Shown here piece by piece: positions 47,661 through 56,719 of a DNA stretch of 64,000 nucleotides; positions within the stretch are counted from its first letter, which is position 1; every line of letters begins with the position of its first letter. The stretch is from a virus. Taxonomy: Duplodnaviria > Caudoviricetes. Where the stretch lies: IMG/VR virus record IMGVR_UViG_3300032323_001428, positions 1-64,000 of that record, one strand, 5' to 3'. Position numbers and translations under genes: made by a program. Below the pieces are notes generated by a model that did no database searches, was not told the DNA's origin, and saw only the letters and a list, made by a program, of their open reading frames with translations.

Positions 47661-48095
47661 CTATTCAAGAAAAGATCTCAACATCCAAACGAACTTGCCG
47701 TGTGCTTCGTTTAAATCATCAACAAGATTAATAGTTCCTCTTGATTTTTGTGCTTCTGCTTCTTCGGCAACTTCACCTAACATATCTATGATCTTTTTGT
47801 GCCCTTCAAGCAAATCTTTAATCATTTCCATTTCAGAAATATTCGTCTTTGCTTCTCCAACACCAGAGACTTCCACAACTCTAGATAAAGAACTAATAGG
47901 TTTAATTCCCAAAAATCTCATATGTTCTGAGATGCGGTCAACTTCTTCTTGAATTGCCTGATATTGCTCTCCAAATAGATCATGAATTTGTTTAAAGTCA
48001 GGTCCCACAACATGCCAGTGGTAAACCCAGGTTTTTTGGAATAACAAAAAAAGTGATGCCTGAGCATCACTTAAAGATTTAAATAAAGTTTCCAT
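47661..48095 (-). CDS. dps: Dps (ferritin-like DNA-protection protein)
   Basis: KT..YHWHV.GPDF..IH.LF.EQY...D..SE, H.K..WML. Confidence 0.92.
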   Translation of the reverse strand: METLFKSLSDAQASLFLLFQKTWVYHWHVVGPDFKQIHDLFGEQYQAIQEEVDRISEHMRFLGIKPISSLSRVVEVSGVGEAKTNISEMEMIKDLLEGHKKIIDMLGEVAEEAEAQKSRGTINLVDDLNEAHGKFVWMLRSFLE

Positions 48096-48123
48096 TATAC
48101 TGATACTTTTTAGTTATTTATAA

Positions 48124-48148
48124 AAAACCACCCCTTTCTGGGGTGGTT
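48124..48148 (-). terminator. intrinsic terminator after the porin
   Basis: AACCACCCC-AGAAA-GGGGTGGTT + T tract, followed by TATAAATA. Confidence 0.75.
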
Positions 48149-48171
48149 CCACTCAAGTTATGAGTGATTTA

Positions 48172-49653
48172 TCAGAAAGTAAACTTGGTCTGGACTACAC
48201 CACCCCAAGCAGATTCTCCTTGATATCGAGCATTATTACTCACATAGAAGAGAGCAGGAGTGATGCTGATGTTGTCTGAAACTTGATACTTATAGAAGAA
48301 TTCAAGCATTATGGCATCCTCAGAAATGTTTTCTGAGTTTCCAGGTTGACCAACAGCAACACCAGCAGTATTACCTTGAGCAAACACATCAGACCACTGA
48401 AGTCCAACGAACCAGGAATCGGAGTCAGTAGCACCAGTAGCAGAACCATCACCACTTACACCATTATAACCATAACCAACTGAGATAGAAGGAACGAATC
48501 CACTCTGAGAAGGTTGCCAGTAAGCATTCAGAGCAATGCTGTTGCTTTCCTGACCACTGGTAAGGGCACCAGAACCACCACCAAGAGCGTTGAAGGTGCG
48601 AACACGACTTCCTTTAGTACCATAACGGTAAGCAACCGCAGCACCCCACTGAGGAGCACGGTAACCAACTTGGGTCAGGAAGTTCAATCCACTATCAGAA
48701 TTGAAGACACCAGTTTCAGTATTGTCCCCATCCTGAGAGACATAGTTCAGACCAGCAAGGAAACCTCCCTGACCTTTTGGAACTTGTTGCTTCCATTGAG
48801 CACCAAAACCAGCACCAGTTGCCTTGTTATAGACACCAGAGGCACCACCAAGTTGGAAGAAGTCAAGGATTTCGGACTTATAAGCAGAAGGAACCCATGC
48901 CATCTCCGTGTTACGAACCAGAGGACCAGCAGTTAGAATTACACTCTTACCAACTGGGAACTGATAGTACAGACGGTCAATCACAACTTGATCGGCATAA
49001 GATTCTGCCTTATCAAGTTTGAAGAGTGAAGAACTGGAACCAAAAGGATCACTATTAAAGTTACCAGAACGAAGACGAGTGCGAAGCAAGTCCTTACCAG
49101 TAAATGAGGTATCAAAGTTCAGACGAACATCATAGTTAAATGCGGTATTACCTACATCAACACCTTTATTGGTTTCAAGACCGGGAACGCCACCAAGAAT
49201 AAAGTTTACTTCACCTTTGAGTTTGGTAGTGGTAGAGAATTGTGTTGCTTGAAGTTTACCAACTTTGCTTTCAAGACCATCTACACGAGAAGTGATGATA
49301 GAAAGTTCCGAATCAAACTCAGCAAGAAGTTTTTTGAGTTCATCTGTAGTTTCAGTTACACGATCCAGGCAGGCATTCAGCAGTGCTGCTGCCTCAAAAC
49401 GAGTCATTGCCTGACCACCTTTGTATGTACCGTTAGGATAACCAGCAACACAACCATAACGCTCTACAAGGTTGCCAAGTGCTTGATATGCCCAATCAGT
49501 AGGTTGGACATCAGAGAATTGAGTAATACTTGTGACCTGTGCTGCCGAAGCATACTTGTTGACATCCTCAGTATTGAGTTCTACAGCATTCACCGCAGGA
49601 GCAACAAGACCCAGAGCAACCGGGACAAGCATTAATTGTTTTAGAAAATTCAT
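48172..49653 (-). CDS. cyanobacterial SLH-domain outer-membrane porin (Som/iron-uptake porin family)
   Basis: Signal peptide, FSDVQPTDWAYQAL..LVERYGC.AGYP, TRFEAAA, QFSTTTKL.GE, C-terminal TKFTF. Confidence 0.93.
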   Translation of the reverse strand: MNFLKQLMLVPVALGLVAPAVNAVELNTEDVNKYASAAQVTSITQFSDVQPTDWAYQALGNLVERYGCVAGYPNGTYKGGQAMTRFEAAALLNACLDRVTETTDELKKLLAEFDSELSIITSRVDGLESKVGKLQATQFSTTTKLKGEVNFILGGVPGLETNKGVDVGNTAFNYDVRLNFDTSFTGKDLLRTRLRSGNFNSDPFGSSSSLFKLDKAESYADQVVIDRLYYQFPVGKSVILTAGPLVRNTEMAWVPSAYKSEILDFFQLGGASGVYNKATGAGFGAQWKQQVPKGQGGFLAGLNYVSQDGDNTETGVFNSDSGLNFLTQVGYRAPQWGAAVAYRYGTKGSRVRTFNALGGGSGALTSGQESNSIALNAYWQPSQSGFVPSISVGYGYNGVSGDGSATGATDSDSWFVGLQWSDVFAQGNTAGVAVGQPGNSENISEDAIMLEFFYKYQVSDNISITPALFYVSNNARYQGESAWGGVVQTKFTF

Positions 49654-49689
49654 ATAGTTTGTTAAGAATTACAACTACGAAGTTTATTT

Positions 49690-49841
49690 AGAATCCCAGC
49701 ATTCTTACGAAATACTGGGATAATTGGATAGACCTCCCTGTTTGTGCATCGTTGAGAGGCATGGGAGGTGTGGGATTTATAAGAAGTTTGGACCTCCTTC
49801 ACCCGTGAACGTACTATAAGGCATCAGGGCAATAAAGTCAA
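49690..49841 (-). ncRNA. candidate small RNA / structured leader with its own sigma70 promoter
   Basis: TTGACT-N17-TATAGT followed by three hairpins. Confidence 0.45.
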
Positions 49842-50026
49842 CCCTTTGCTTCCTTACGGGCGTTCTTCTCTTCGGTAATCTCGCCTCTACGGGTCTTGAC
49901 GAGTTTGGCAACTTCCTGAAGTGCCTTACGAGCACGAGTACCAGCAGCACTATTACCGGCAGTGAACTTTTCGTCTTCTACTTTCCATGCTTCAATCGCA
50001 CTCAGTAGTTCTTGTGATACAGACAT
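49838..50026 (-). CDS. Hc1/histone-H1-like small basic protein
   Basis: KF..GN.AAGTRARKAL.E..KL.K..R motif. Confidence 0.75.
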   Translation of the reverse strand: MSVSQELLSAIEAWKVEDEKFTAGNSAAGTRARKALQEVAKLVKTRRGEITEEKNARKEAKG

Positions 50027-50068
50027 AATAATCTCCAATAAAATAAGATATGGTTATATATAAGACTT

Positions 50069-50470
50069 TTAGTTACATCCAGACACCCAAGTAGAACATA
50101 AACGCATTTCTCCACCTAAAGACTTACATTCATCCGTATAACACACAGATTCATCAACAGGTTTCTCTGAAAATATTGGAGCAGGAATCTCTACAGGTTT
50201 TTCTCCAGTTTTTCTCCAATACTCATCAATTGCCCTATCAACATCCCTCTTAATTCTTCGGTCAAGTTTCTCTGGGTCTTTGATGATAAACTCATTGAGA
50301 ATAGTTTGTGGGAAATATTTTCGTTGCATTTCATCCAATAAGTCCCATAAAGTATTTGTGGATATTCCAGAGCATTGGGAGAGTGCTGCAATAATGGAGG
50401 ACAATACGACTCCTATAATTGCATATTGTTTTATATCTGGTTTCTTCTTGCCAAAATTGAAATTAAACAT
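50069..50470 (-). CDS. hypothetical membrane-anchored protein
   Basis: N-terminal TM; C-terminal CYTDEC..LGGEMRLC. Confidence 0.65.
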   Translation of the reverse strand: MFNFNFGKKKPDIKQYAIIGVVLSSIIAALSQCSGISTNTLWDLLDEMQRKYFPQTILNEFIIKDPEKLDRRIKRDVDRAIDEYWRKTGEKPVEIPAPIFSEKPVDESVCYTDECKSLGGEMRLCSTWVSGCN

Positions 50471-50521
50471 AAAAAAGGAGGGTTATGAGTGCCCTCCTAT
50501 ATTTATTCAATTTTATGAAAT

Positions 50522-51166
50522 TTATACTTCAACAAGAACTAAACGATTTGCGTAGTTATAAGCATAATCAGTTCTTGCCCCATGATGCCCCCAACGTATC
50601 CATTTTTTAGCAAGTCCCATATAATCATTAATAGATTTACCGGGAGTTTTCATTTTAGGTTCAATCATTTTCCAGTCACCTTCATACATCATATATTGCA
50701 ATTGAGTATCAAGTGTGGAAGGGTCTCCACCAATACGAGCGGCAAACTTACCAAGACCATTATATCTTGGAGCATCCGTCCACTGGAGGGCACCAAATCC
50801 ACCACTCCTACAAGCACTATAAGACACTCTAGCACCACCCTCACATACATTAGGAGTGAAGGTAGACTCTTGTCGGATATTGCCCATAATGGTTGCTATG
50901 GCATTTTTGTCAGTAATTCCACGATTCTGTAAGAATTCTACAGTCTTCGTTTCATTAGTATTACATCCTTTACAAATTAACCTTTTTTCTTTTGGTTTAT
51001 CGGGAGCAACCTCTTTGGTCGCTGTCTTTGATGTAGGCTCCTCTTGAATAATAGAGAATGGTGGAGGACCACTCACGGGTGGAGGAGGAAACACTTGGGG
51101 CAGTGTTACCGTGCTGGTTGTAACCGATGCCAAAAGGGGCAAGGCTACTGTAAAAAATTGTTGCAT
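50522..51166 (-). CDS. phage-tail-lysozyme-domain cell wall hydrolase
   Basis: A.IMGNI.QES, G.G..QWT...R, QL.Y, G.R..YA. Confidence 0.8.
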   Translation of the reverse strand: MQQFFTVALPLLASVTTSTVTLPQVFPPPPVSGPPPFSIIQEEPTSKTATKEVAPDKPKEKRLICKGCNTNETKTVEFLQNRGITDKNAIATIMGNIRQESTFTPNVCEGGARVSYSACRSGGFGALQWTDAPRYNGLGKFAARIGGDPSTLDTQLQYMMYEGDWKMIEPKMKTPGKSINDYMGLAKKWIRWGHHGARTDYAYNYANRLVLVEV

Positions 51167-51179
51167 TTAGTTTAATAGA

Positions 51180-51295
51180 ATTCGGCATCCGTATAAAAGG
51201 GGGGTATACCAACCCTCTCGGGAGGCACCTTCCACGGCTCTAGGTGTCACGGTCACAGACTCATAATAATTACCCTACTCATAATAGGGATTTAC
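51180..51295 (-). ncRNA. candidate cis-regulatory RNA in the hydrolase 5' leader
   Basis: GC-rich nested stem CCGU-GGAAGG-UGCC-CCC GAGA GGG-GGUA-CCUUUU-ACGG. Confidence 0.5.
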
Positions 51296-51321
51296 CATAA
51301 TAAGTTATTATTTAGAATTTG

Positions 51322-51516
51322 TCAAAAATCCATAAAATAACCATTAATATAATCAAGTGATAATACTTCAAGATTTTCTTTTTGAATTACCCAATCACGG
51401 ATTTCACTATAGATACATTCCGCATCTCTTACTCTACCCTCTTCACACAAATCGCACATACGATTAATATGTTGTTGTATCGTATTATTGCAGATTTTTT
51501 TGAGGTGAAGTCCCAT
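51322..51516 (-). CDS. hypothetical protein
   Basis: ORF overlapping the upstream gene. Confidence 0.5.
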   Translation of the reverse strand: MGLHLKKICNNTIQQHINRMCDLCEEGRVRDAECIYSEIRDWVIQKENLEVLSLDYINGYFMDF

Positions 51517-51934
51517 TAAAGTAATCCTTCCTGAAATATCGGTTCATGACATTTGAATTGTAATACGCAGGAGTCCCACTGTCAAGTGCTTCGGTCAGGA
51601 CGTTGTTTAAAAATAATTGCCTTGTCTCTTCATAGTTTGTTTTACCTAATGTCTTATGAAGAGACACTATAGTTCTTTGGAATTTATCCTTTCCGTGTTT
51701 CTTTATATCTTCTTTTAATTCAGGACAAGAACCATAATAATTTTTCCAATCACTTTCTTGTTTTACTTTTCTCTTCTTTCCTTTCGGTGTTCTAAAAGAC
51801 CAAAAGTATTTTCTTCCCAAATATTTCCTTTGAGTTTCTTCGCAACTTATCAAATAAACAAATCCAAAATTCTCTTGAATATCTTCTGTCTCAAAAACTT
51901 TTCCTTGATATAACCAAGGATTATCATAACTCAT
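51485..51934 (-). CDS. GIY-YIG-like conserved T4-like protein
   Basis: GFVY.I....RKYLGRK.FW, ESDWK.YYGS, YYN.N. Confidence 0.75.
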   Translation of the reverse strand: MSYDNPWLYQGKVFETEDIQENFGFVYLISCEETQRKYLGRKYFWSFRTPKGKKRKVKQESDWKNYYGSCPELKEDIKKHGKDKFQRTIVSLHKTLGKTNYEETRQLFLNNVLTEALDSGTPAYYNSNVMNRYFRKDYFNGTSPQKNLQ

Positions 51935-51997
51935 TCGGGTCTTTAATAATATTCAAAGTATTTATAGATATAACTTATCTTCAACCCTAACAGAGTG

Positions 51998-52026
51998 ATT
52001 ATAGTCATAAAAAAAGCACCTGTCAA
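51998..52026 (-). promoter_or_regulatory. consensus sigma70 promoter overlapping a terminator
   Basis: TTGACA-N17-TATAAT; hairpin AAGCACC...GGTGCTT + T tract. Confidence 0.8.
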
Positions 52027-52052
52027 GGTGCTTAATAAATTGTAATATTATA

Positions 52053-53900
52053 TTAACCTTCCATAATTTGATCGAACCAACCCTCACTCATATTGTTGAT
52101 AATCACATTTGCGTCATCAACTGTTGATGCAAAGTTGTTTTCGAGAAGATATGATGCTACAAACTCGTATGCGGCATATGCCTCTTTAATCTCTCTTGGG
52201 GTCATAGCAGCAGCTCTCTTACGTGCCTTATTTCCTCTACCTGTGGGTGGGAGATCAGCACCATACTTGCTGTATCCTGCCTTTAAATAACTATTGTGTG
52301 CTTCTTTTGCCTTATCTGCATAAGATTGCGAAGCATTGCCCATATCAACTTGTGTCTGTGCTCTTTCGGCATTACCTTTAGCACGATTTAGAATTTTTCT
52401 TTTGGCAGAAGTATCAGACTTTTCAGGACCAACATTATACCTTGCGCGAAGTTGATCACCTCTACTTTGTGGTTTAGGTGTTTCGTCTTCTTTCTTTTTA
52501 GAGAATAAACCTCTGATTGCACTACCAATACCTTCATCAAGATAAATCTCAGCCATTTCGTCCCAAGTATAATCACTGAGGTCATAACCTTCTTCTACAA
52601 GTTCATTTACCCAGAGTTCAACTTCTTCGTTGTAAGACTTATCCTTCACCATAGCAATTGCTTGTGCTTTCGTCATCCCAGAAGCAATCATTCTCGCAAC
52701 TCTTACATCCGCAAAGTCATTATCACCATCTTGGTCTTGGTCTACTTTTTTCTTTGCTTCGTAAATTGAAGCATAAGCACCTGCAATATCTCTAATTGTT
52801 TTTGCAGAAGGCCACTCGTAAGAACTTTTCACCATCTCTTTCTTTTGGGAATTTGTATTATTTATACTATTTGTTCCTGGTGTTGCTGGTTTAATTCCTT
52901 GAGAAGCACCTGCAATTTGAGAAGGTGTAGGTGTAGAAGTTGCTGGTTTTGCTGCTAATGCTTTAGCAGCCGCAGAACCTGCTGGTGCTCTATTTAAATT
53001 TGCTGGTGTATTTGCTCTTGCTAAATCCGCACTTACACTCTTCAAATCAGGAATTGCAGGAGTTGGTCCAGTTGTAGGAAGATTGGTCTTCTGTGCTGCT
53101 TGAAGTGCCTTTTCTGGTGATGCTCCACCTGCTCTTTCTTTTTGAGCTGCTCTCAATTCAGCAGATGTTGGAGTTCTTCTCTCAAATGAAGTGTTTCCTA
53201 ATTTACCAACTGCTGGTGTTGCAGGTTTTGGTTGTGCCGCAGCAGGAGTTGCTGCTCCTGATGATGCAGAAGTTCTTGCAGCATTTTGTGCGGCAACACT
53301 TGAATAACGGGACTTCTCCGCAGCACTAAATGCTCTTGCCTTAAAATTAGCACCAACTCCTGTGCCTTCTACTCCATCTTTCTTTGAAAGAACTGGACCT
53401 TTTGGTGGTGCTGGTTTTGGTGGTGTTCCTGGCACTGGTGTTCTTGTTGGTGGTGTTCCTGGTACTGGTTGTTCTAATGGTTTTTCTGGTGGTAGTTTTT
53501 TTTCTGGTGGTAGTTTTTTTTCTGGTGGTTTTTGTTCATCTCTCCCCAAGCCAGTTTCTTTGTTTAATCTAGTAGCAAGTCTTATCGCTTCGGCGCCTTT
53601 ATCTGGGTCATAAGAAGTTGCCCCAGGTTTTGCGATATATCCTTTATTTGTCTTCACCACTCCCAGTTGTGCTCTTTGGTTCGTTGCTCTAGTTGCTACC
53701 TCCCGATTAAATGCATCAAGTGCTTTTTGTCCACCAATACCACCAATTTCAGTTAAATACTCTTCATACAACTCTTCCCAGGTATACTCACTCAGGTCAT
53801 AACCTTCTTCTAGGAGTGAACTAACCCAACTTTCAACTTCTTCCCAAACATAAACACTCAAATACAACTCGTTCAAGGCGTCCAAATCTTTTCTATTCAT
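52053..53900 (-). CDS. low-complexity modular protein with repeated acidic EEGYDLS.YTW motif (putative internal head protein)
   Basis: Two copies of W(V).(.)L.EEGYDLS.YTW.E; Pro/Ala/Lys-rich spacers; DQDQDGDNDF. Confidence 0.7.
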   Translation of the reverse strand: MNRKDLDALNELYLSVYVWEEVESWVSSLLEEGYDLSEYTWEELYEEYLTEIGGIGGQKALDAFNREVATRATNQRAQLGVVKTNKGYIAKPGATSYDPDKGAEAIRLATRLNKETGLGRDEQKPPEKKLPPEKKLPPEKPLEQPVPGTPPTRTPVPGTPPKPAPPKGPVLSKKDGVEGTGVGANFKARAFSAAEKSRYSSVAAQNAARTSASSGAATPAAAQPKPATPAVGKLGNTSFERRTPTSAELRAAQKERAGGASPEKALQAAQKTNLPTTGPTPAIPDLKSVSADLARANTPANLNRAPAGSAAAKALAAKPATSTPTPSQIAGASQGIKPATPGTNSINNTNSQKKEMVKSSYEWPSAKTIRDIAGAYASIYEAKKKVDQDQDGDNDFADVRVARMIASGMTKAQAIAMVKDKSYNEEVELWVNELVEEGYDLSDYTWDEMAEIYLDEGIGSAIRGLFSKKKEDETPKPQSRGDQLRARYNVGPEKSDTSAKRKILNRAKGNAERAQTQVDMGNASQSYADKAKEAHNSYLKAGYSKYGADLPPTGRGNKARKRAAAMTPREIKEAYAAYEFVASYLLENNFASTVDDANVIINNMSEGWFDQIMEG

Positions 53901-53954
53901 CTTCTTAGGAGTAGTAAAAAGTACTTTTCTATACTTATTTATTCTTTTTACTTA

Positions 53955-55481
53955 TCAATCAACAAACTGTTTCCAGTATTCATATGGAGTCATTTCTTCT
54001 CCCATATTCTTTCTTGCTTTTTTACGTGCTCTTTGTGTTTGTTTTGTAGTTGAAGATGGATTATCACTAGTTCTTCCACCTTTTGCTCCTTGATAAGAAC
54101 GAAGTGTCGTCTCACCAGATGCATTTGGTTTTGCTAAGTGAGTTTTAATTTTTGTAGAAGTTGGGTTGTTCTGTTTCTCTTTCTCAAATGCATTATTAAC
54201 TTTTGCAGCATCATCATACATATGAGTTTCCTTAGCACCACTCTGCTTTGCAATTCCTTTTGCCGTATCTACTTTTTTCTTCCCAACATCACTACCTTTC
54301 ATTCCACCAGTATAATGAATTTTATTCATAGGAACATCAATACCGTGCTTCTTCAAGTGTCCTTGGAATTCACTTGGTTTATCAAACTTTGAACGAGCAG
54401 TAATTATATGAACGTTTTGTCCTCTTGCTTGTTTTCTCTTAACATCTTTAATTGTTTTTTTGTTTGGAGTAGAAGTTTTTGAGAAAGTTTTAGCACTTTG
54501 GAACTCACTAAAATCATAAGAATGTCCCTTATCTTTATCAAGTTTATGAGTATTAAACTCTTGGTTGCTTAAACTTTGAACTCTTTTCCCAGATGCGTCC
54601 TTTACGTGAACCTGAACATTTGGTTTGCCTTTCTTACCGTGACCAAACAAGGTCTCATCTACATCATATGCATGAATTGTTTTCTTTGGTCTAGTTCCTC
54701 TTGCTTTCTCTTCAATATACTCTTCAAGAATAACTGCTACAAATTCATCACTCATACACTCAAACATATTTTCAGCAGTCTCATAATCTTCTGCGAATTC
54801 ACTATCAACCAAAGTTTCAATTACATAATCATAAATGTTTTCCGTTTCTTCTTTTTGTGCCGCATAATAAGCACCAAGTGCTCTCTTAATTCTTTGCTTC
54901 TTACTATCACCTTTAAATGTTTTGCTCTTTGAATGAACGAAATCACTGATTGTCGCACCAGCATCAGCACCTACATCAATCTTTTCATCAAGTTCAAACT
55001 CTTCGTTTTCTATTCTTGCTCTTCTATCATTTTGATTGCTTACGTGACTATCTTGATATTTTGTAACTTTACCTGTCTTATCTCTAATAAATTTTGTTTT
55101 CGTCCATTTACTTTCCTTTTCTCCTCTTTGTTTTTTTTCTCCCCAGTTATCAATATGAAGTTCTGTTCTAAACTGATTTTGACCATCCTTATTTCCAATA
55201 TAAGGATTATTTGTTATTCCTGCTCTTTTATTTCTTGCTGTTTCCTTTTCACTTCTTGATAGACTATTATCAACCTTTGCTTCACTCACTTCTACTTCTT
55301 CTTTCTTTACTGACGCAACAAAACCAGGAAGTTGTGGTCCACCCTTTTTTGCTCTTTCTTTTCTTCTACGAGTAATTTCGGCATCTGCCTTATTCGCAAA
55401 TTCTTTCTGCCCTGCAATATCTGGATGCTCTGCCGCAACACCTTCACTATAAAATCTTTTAAACTTAAAAGTTCCAGACAT
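53955..55481 (-). CDS. modular basic/acidic protein containing a HAD-like domain
   Basis: YDVDETLF, ITARS, K, MYDD motifs between acidic helices. Confidence 0.7.
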   Translation of the reverse strand: MSGTFKFKRFYSEGVAAEHPDIAGQKEFANKADAEITRRRKERAKKGGPQLPGFVASVKKEEVEVSEAKVDNSLSRSEKETARNKRAGITNNPYIGNKDGQNQFRTELHIDNWGEKKQRGEKESKWTKTKFIRDKTGKVTKYQDSHVSNQNDRRARIENEEFELDEKIDVGADAGATISDFVHSKSKTFKGDSKKQRIKRALGAYYAAQKEETENIYDYVIETLVDSEFAEDYETAENMFECMSDEFVAVILEEYIEEKARGTRPKKTIHAYDVDETLFGHGKKGKPNVQVHVKDASGKRVQSLSNQEFNTHKLDKDKGHSYDFSEFQSAKTFSKTSTPNKKTIKDVKRKQARGQNVHIITARSKFDKPSEFQGHLKKHGIDVPMNKIHYTGGMKGSDVGKKKVDTAKGIAKQSGAKETHMYDDAAKVNNAFEKEKQNNPTSTKIKTHLAKPNASGETTLRSYQGAKGGRTSDNPSSTTKQTQRARKKARKNMGEEMTPYEYWKQFVD

Positions 55482-55511
55482 ATGAGTAAGCAATACCTTC
55501 TTTTTATTTAT

Positions 55512-55537
55512 AAAAAAAAGAGGGGTCGAAACCCCTC
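55512..55537 (-). terminator. intrinsic terminator followed by a late promoter
   Basis: GAGGGG-TTTCGA-CCCCTC + T tract, running into TATAAATA. Confidence 0.75.
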
Positions 55538-55952
55538 ACATCACATTTAATCCTGGTTTTAATACTTCATATTCTCCATTGTTAAAAATAACACCAGAAT
55601 AATAGTTTTTACCATTAAACTCACAGAACATATTATATTCTCTACTATCTTCAAATGGAGTTATATCTATTAAGTTTCCATAGGTATTTTTCCAGATACT
55701 ATGGTATATCGCACACCCATAACTTTCATCATCAATATCTGTGATTAAATAATAACCACTTATCTTTTTCCCCCCATAAGTATTTGTATAATGATTTACA
55801 TTATTGTGGCAGTTTGCATCAGCACATAAAGGTTTAACTACCACAGGAACTTTCAATAGAATATGAGAAAAACTACAATACTCCTGAAGTTTTATAACAC
55901 ACTCATCTTCTGGTAGTGATATTCTAAATTTTCTTTTCAATACTCCATCCAT
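55536..55952 (-). CDS. hypothetical protein (CH.NV...GY...HS.W...DITP family)
   Basis: Cys/His/Asp motif set; overlaps the end of the endonuclease gene. Confidence 0.55.
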   Translation of the reverse strand: MDGVLKRKFRISLPEDECVIKLQEYCSFSHILLKVPVVVKPLCADANCHNNVNHYTNTYGGKKISGYYLITDIDDESYGCAIYHSIWKNTYGNLIDITPFEDSREYNMFCEFNGKNYYSGVIFNNGEYEVLKPGLNVM

Positions 55953-56658
55953 TTGTTCTAGGTCCTTTTCTATTATACTTTATTGCGGCAATCATAGTAG
56001 CATATGAGATATTTTGAGATTTACAAAACTCTTTTAATCCACCAACAATAACATATTCTTTATTTTCTGGAGATGTGAGTTTCCAAATTTTTGCAGATGG
56101 TGGTTTAAAACCTGCAGCATATCTTTCCTTTGCCTTTTCACTTATTTTTCTTTTTCTTTCTTCACTACAAGGAATACCATAACTTGGATTATTCTCTCCC
56201 GCAACCTTTTGACTTATTTTCCTTTTTGTTTCTTCACTATGTTTTTTAGGTCCATATCCACCAACAGAAAGTTGCAAATTTCTTCTTTTTTCTATTTGGT
56301 CTTCCCACTTATCACCATATATTTCTTGGTATGTTTTTCCTCTATGATTTGGTGGTCTTGAGCTTTCACAAATATTTGTTAATATTCCACCCTCATCATA
56401 TCGTATTCTTCCATATTTTTGTATTAATGATTCTTCATAAAAATAAGCATCATTTTCATTTTCAAAATATTCAACTATTTTGACTTCTGGTTCATACCCC
56501 TCCTTTCTTATTTTTTGTATTTTATTAAATTTTCTTTCATTATCACTTTTTGCTCTTGTTTTTTCGGACAAATGAAAATAAACCCGATCATCTTTTCCCT
56601 TTCCAACATAAAAAGGCAGATTGACTCTTGGGTCTATTAATTCATAAACATAATACAT
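55924..56658 (-). CDS. free-standing GIY-YIG (LEM-3-like) homing endonuclease with NUMOD3
   Basis: YYVYELIDPR...PFYVGKG...R..H, E..LI..YG, LTN, HSEETKRKIS. Confidence 0.85.
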   Translation of the reverse strand: MYYVYELIDPRVNLPFYVGKGKDDRVYFHLSEKTRAKSDNERKFNKIQKIRKEGYEPEVKIVEYFENENDAYFYEESLIQKYGRIRYDEGGILTNICESSRPPNHRGKTYQEIYGDKWEDQIEKRRNLQLSVGGYGPKKHSEETKRKISQKVAGENNPSYGIPCSEERKRKISEKAKERYAAGFKPPSAKIWKLTSPENKEYVIVGGLKEFCKSQNISYATMIAAIKYNRKGPRTNGWSIEKKI

Positions 56659-56719
56659 AAACAAGAAACTGAACTCTAATACTATTTATATAATATTATA
56701 TTTCAGTTTCTTGTATTAG

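Noticed and set aside
48514-49635. Long antisense ORFs opposite the porin (likewise opposite nrdA/nrdB, psbA and others)
   Set aside because: Shadow frames of strongly biased coding strands, with no motifs or expression signals.
53405-53530. Short tandem DNA repeats as a possible array
   Set aside because: They encode PPEKKL and PVPGTPP low-complexity protein repeats and have no unique spacers.
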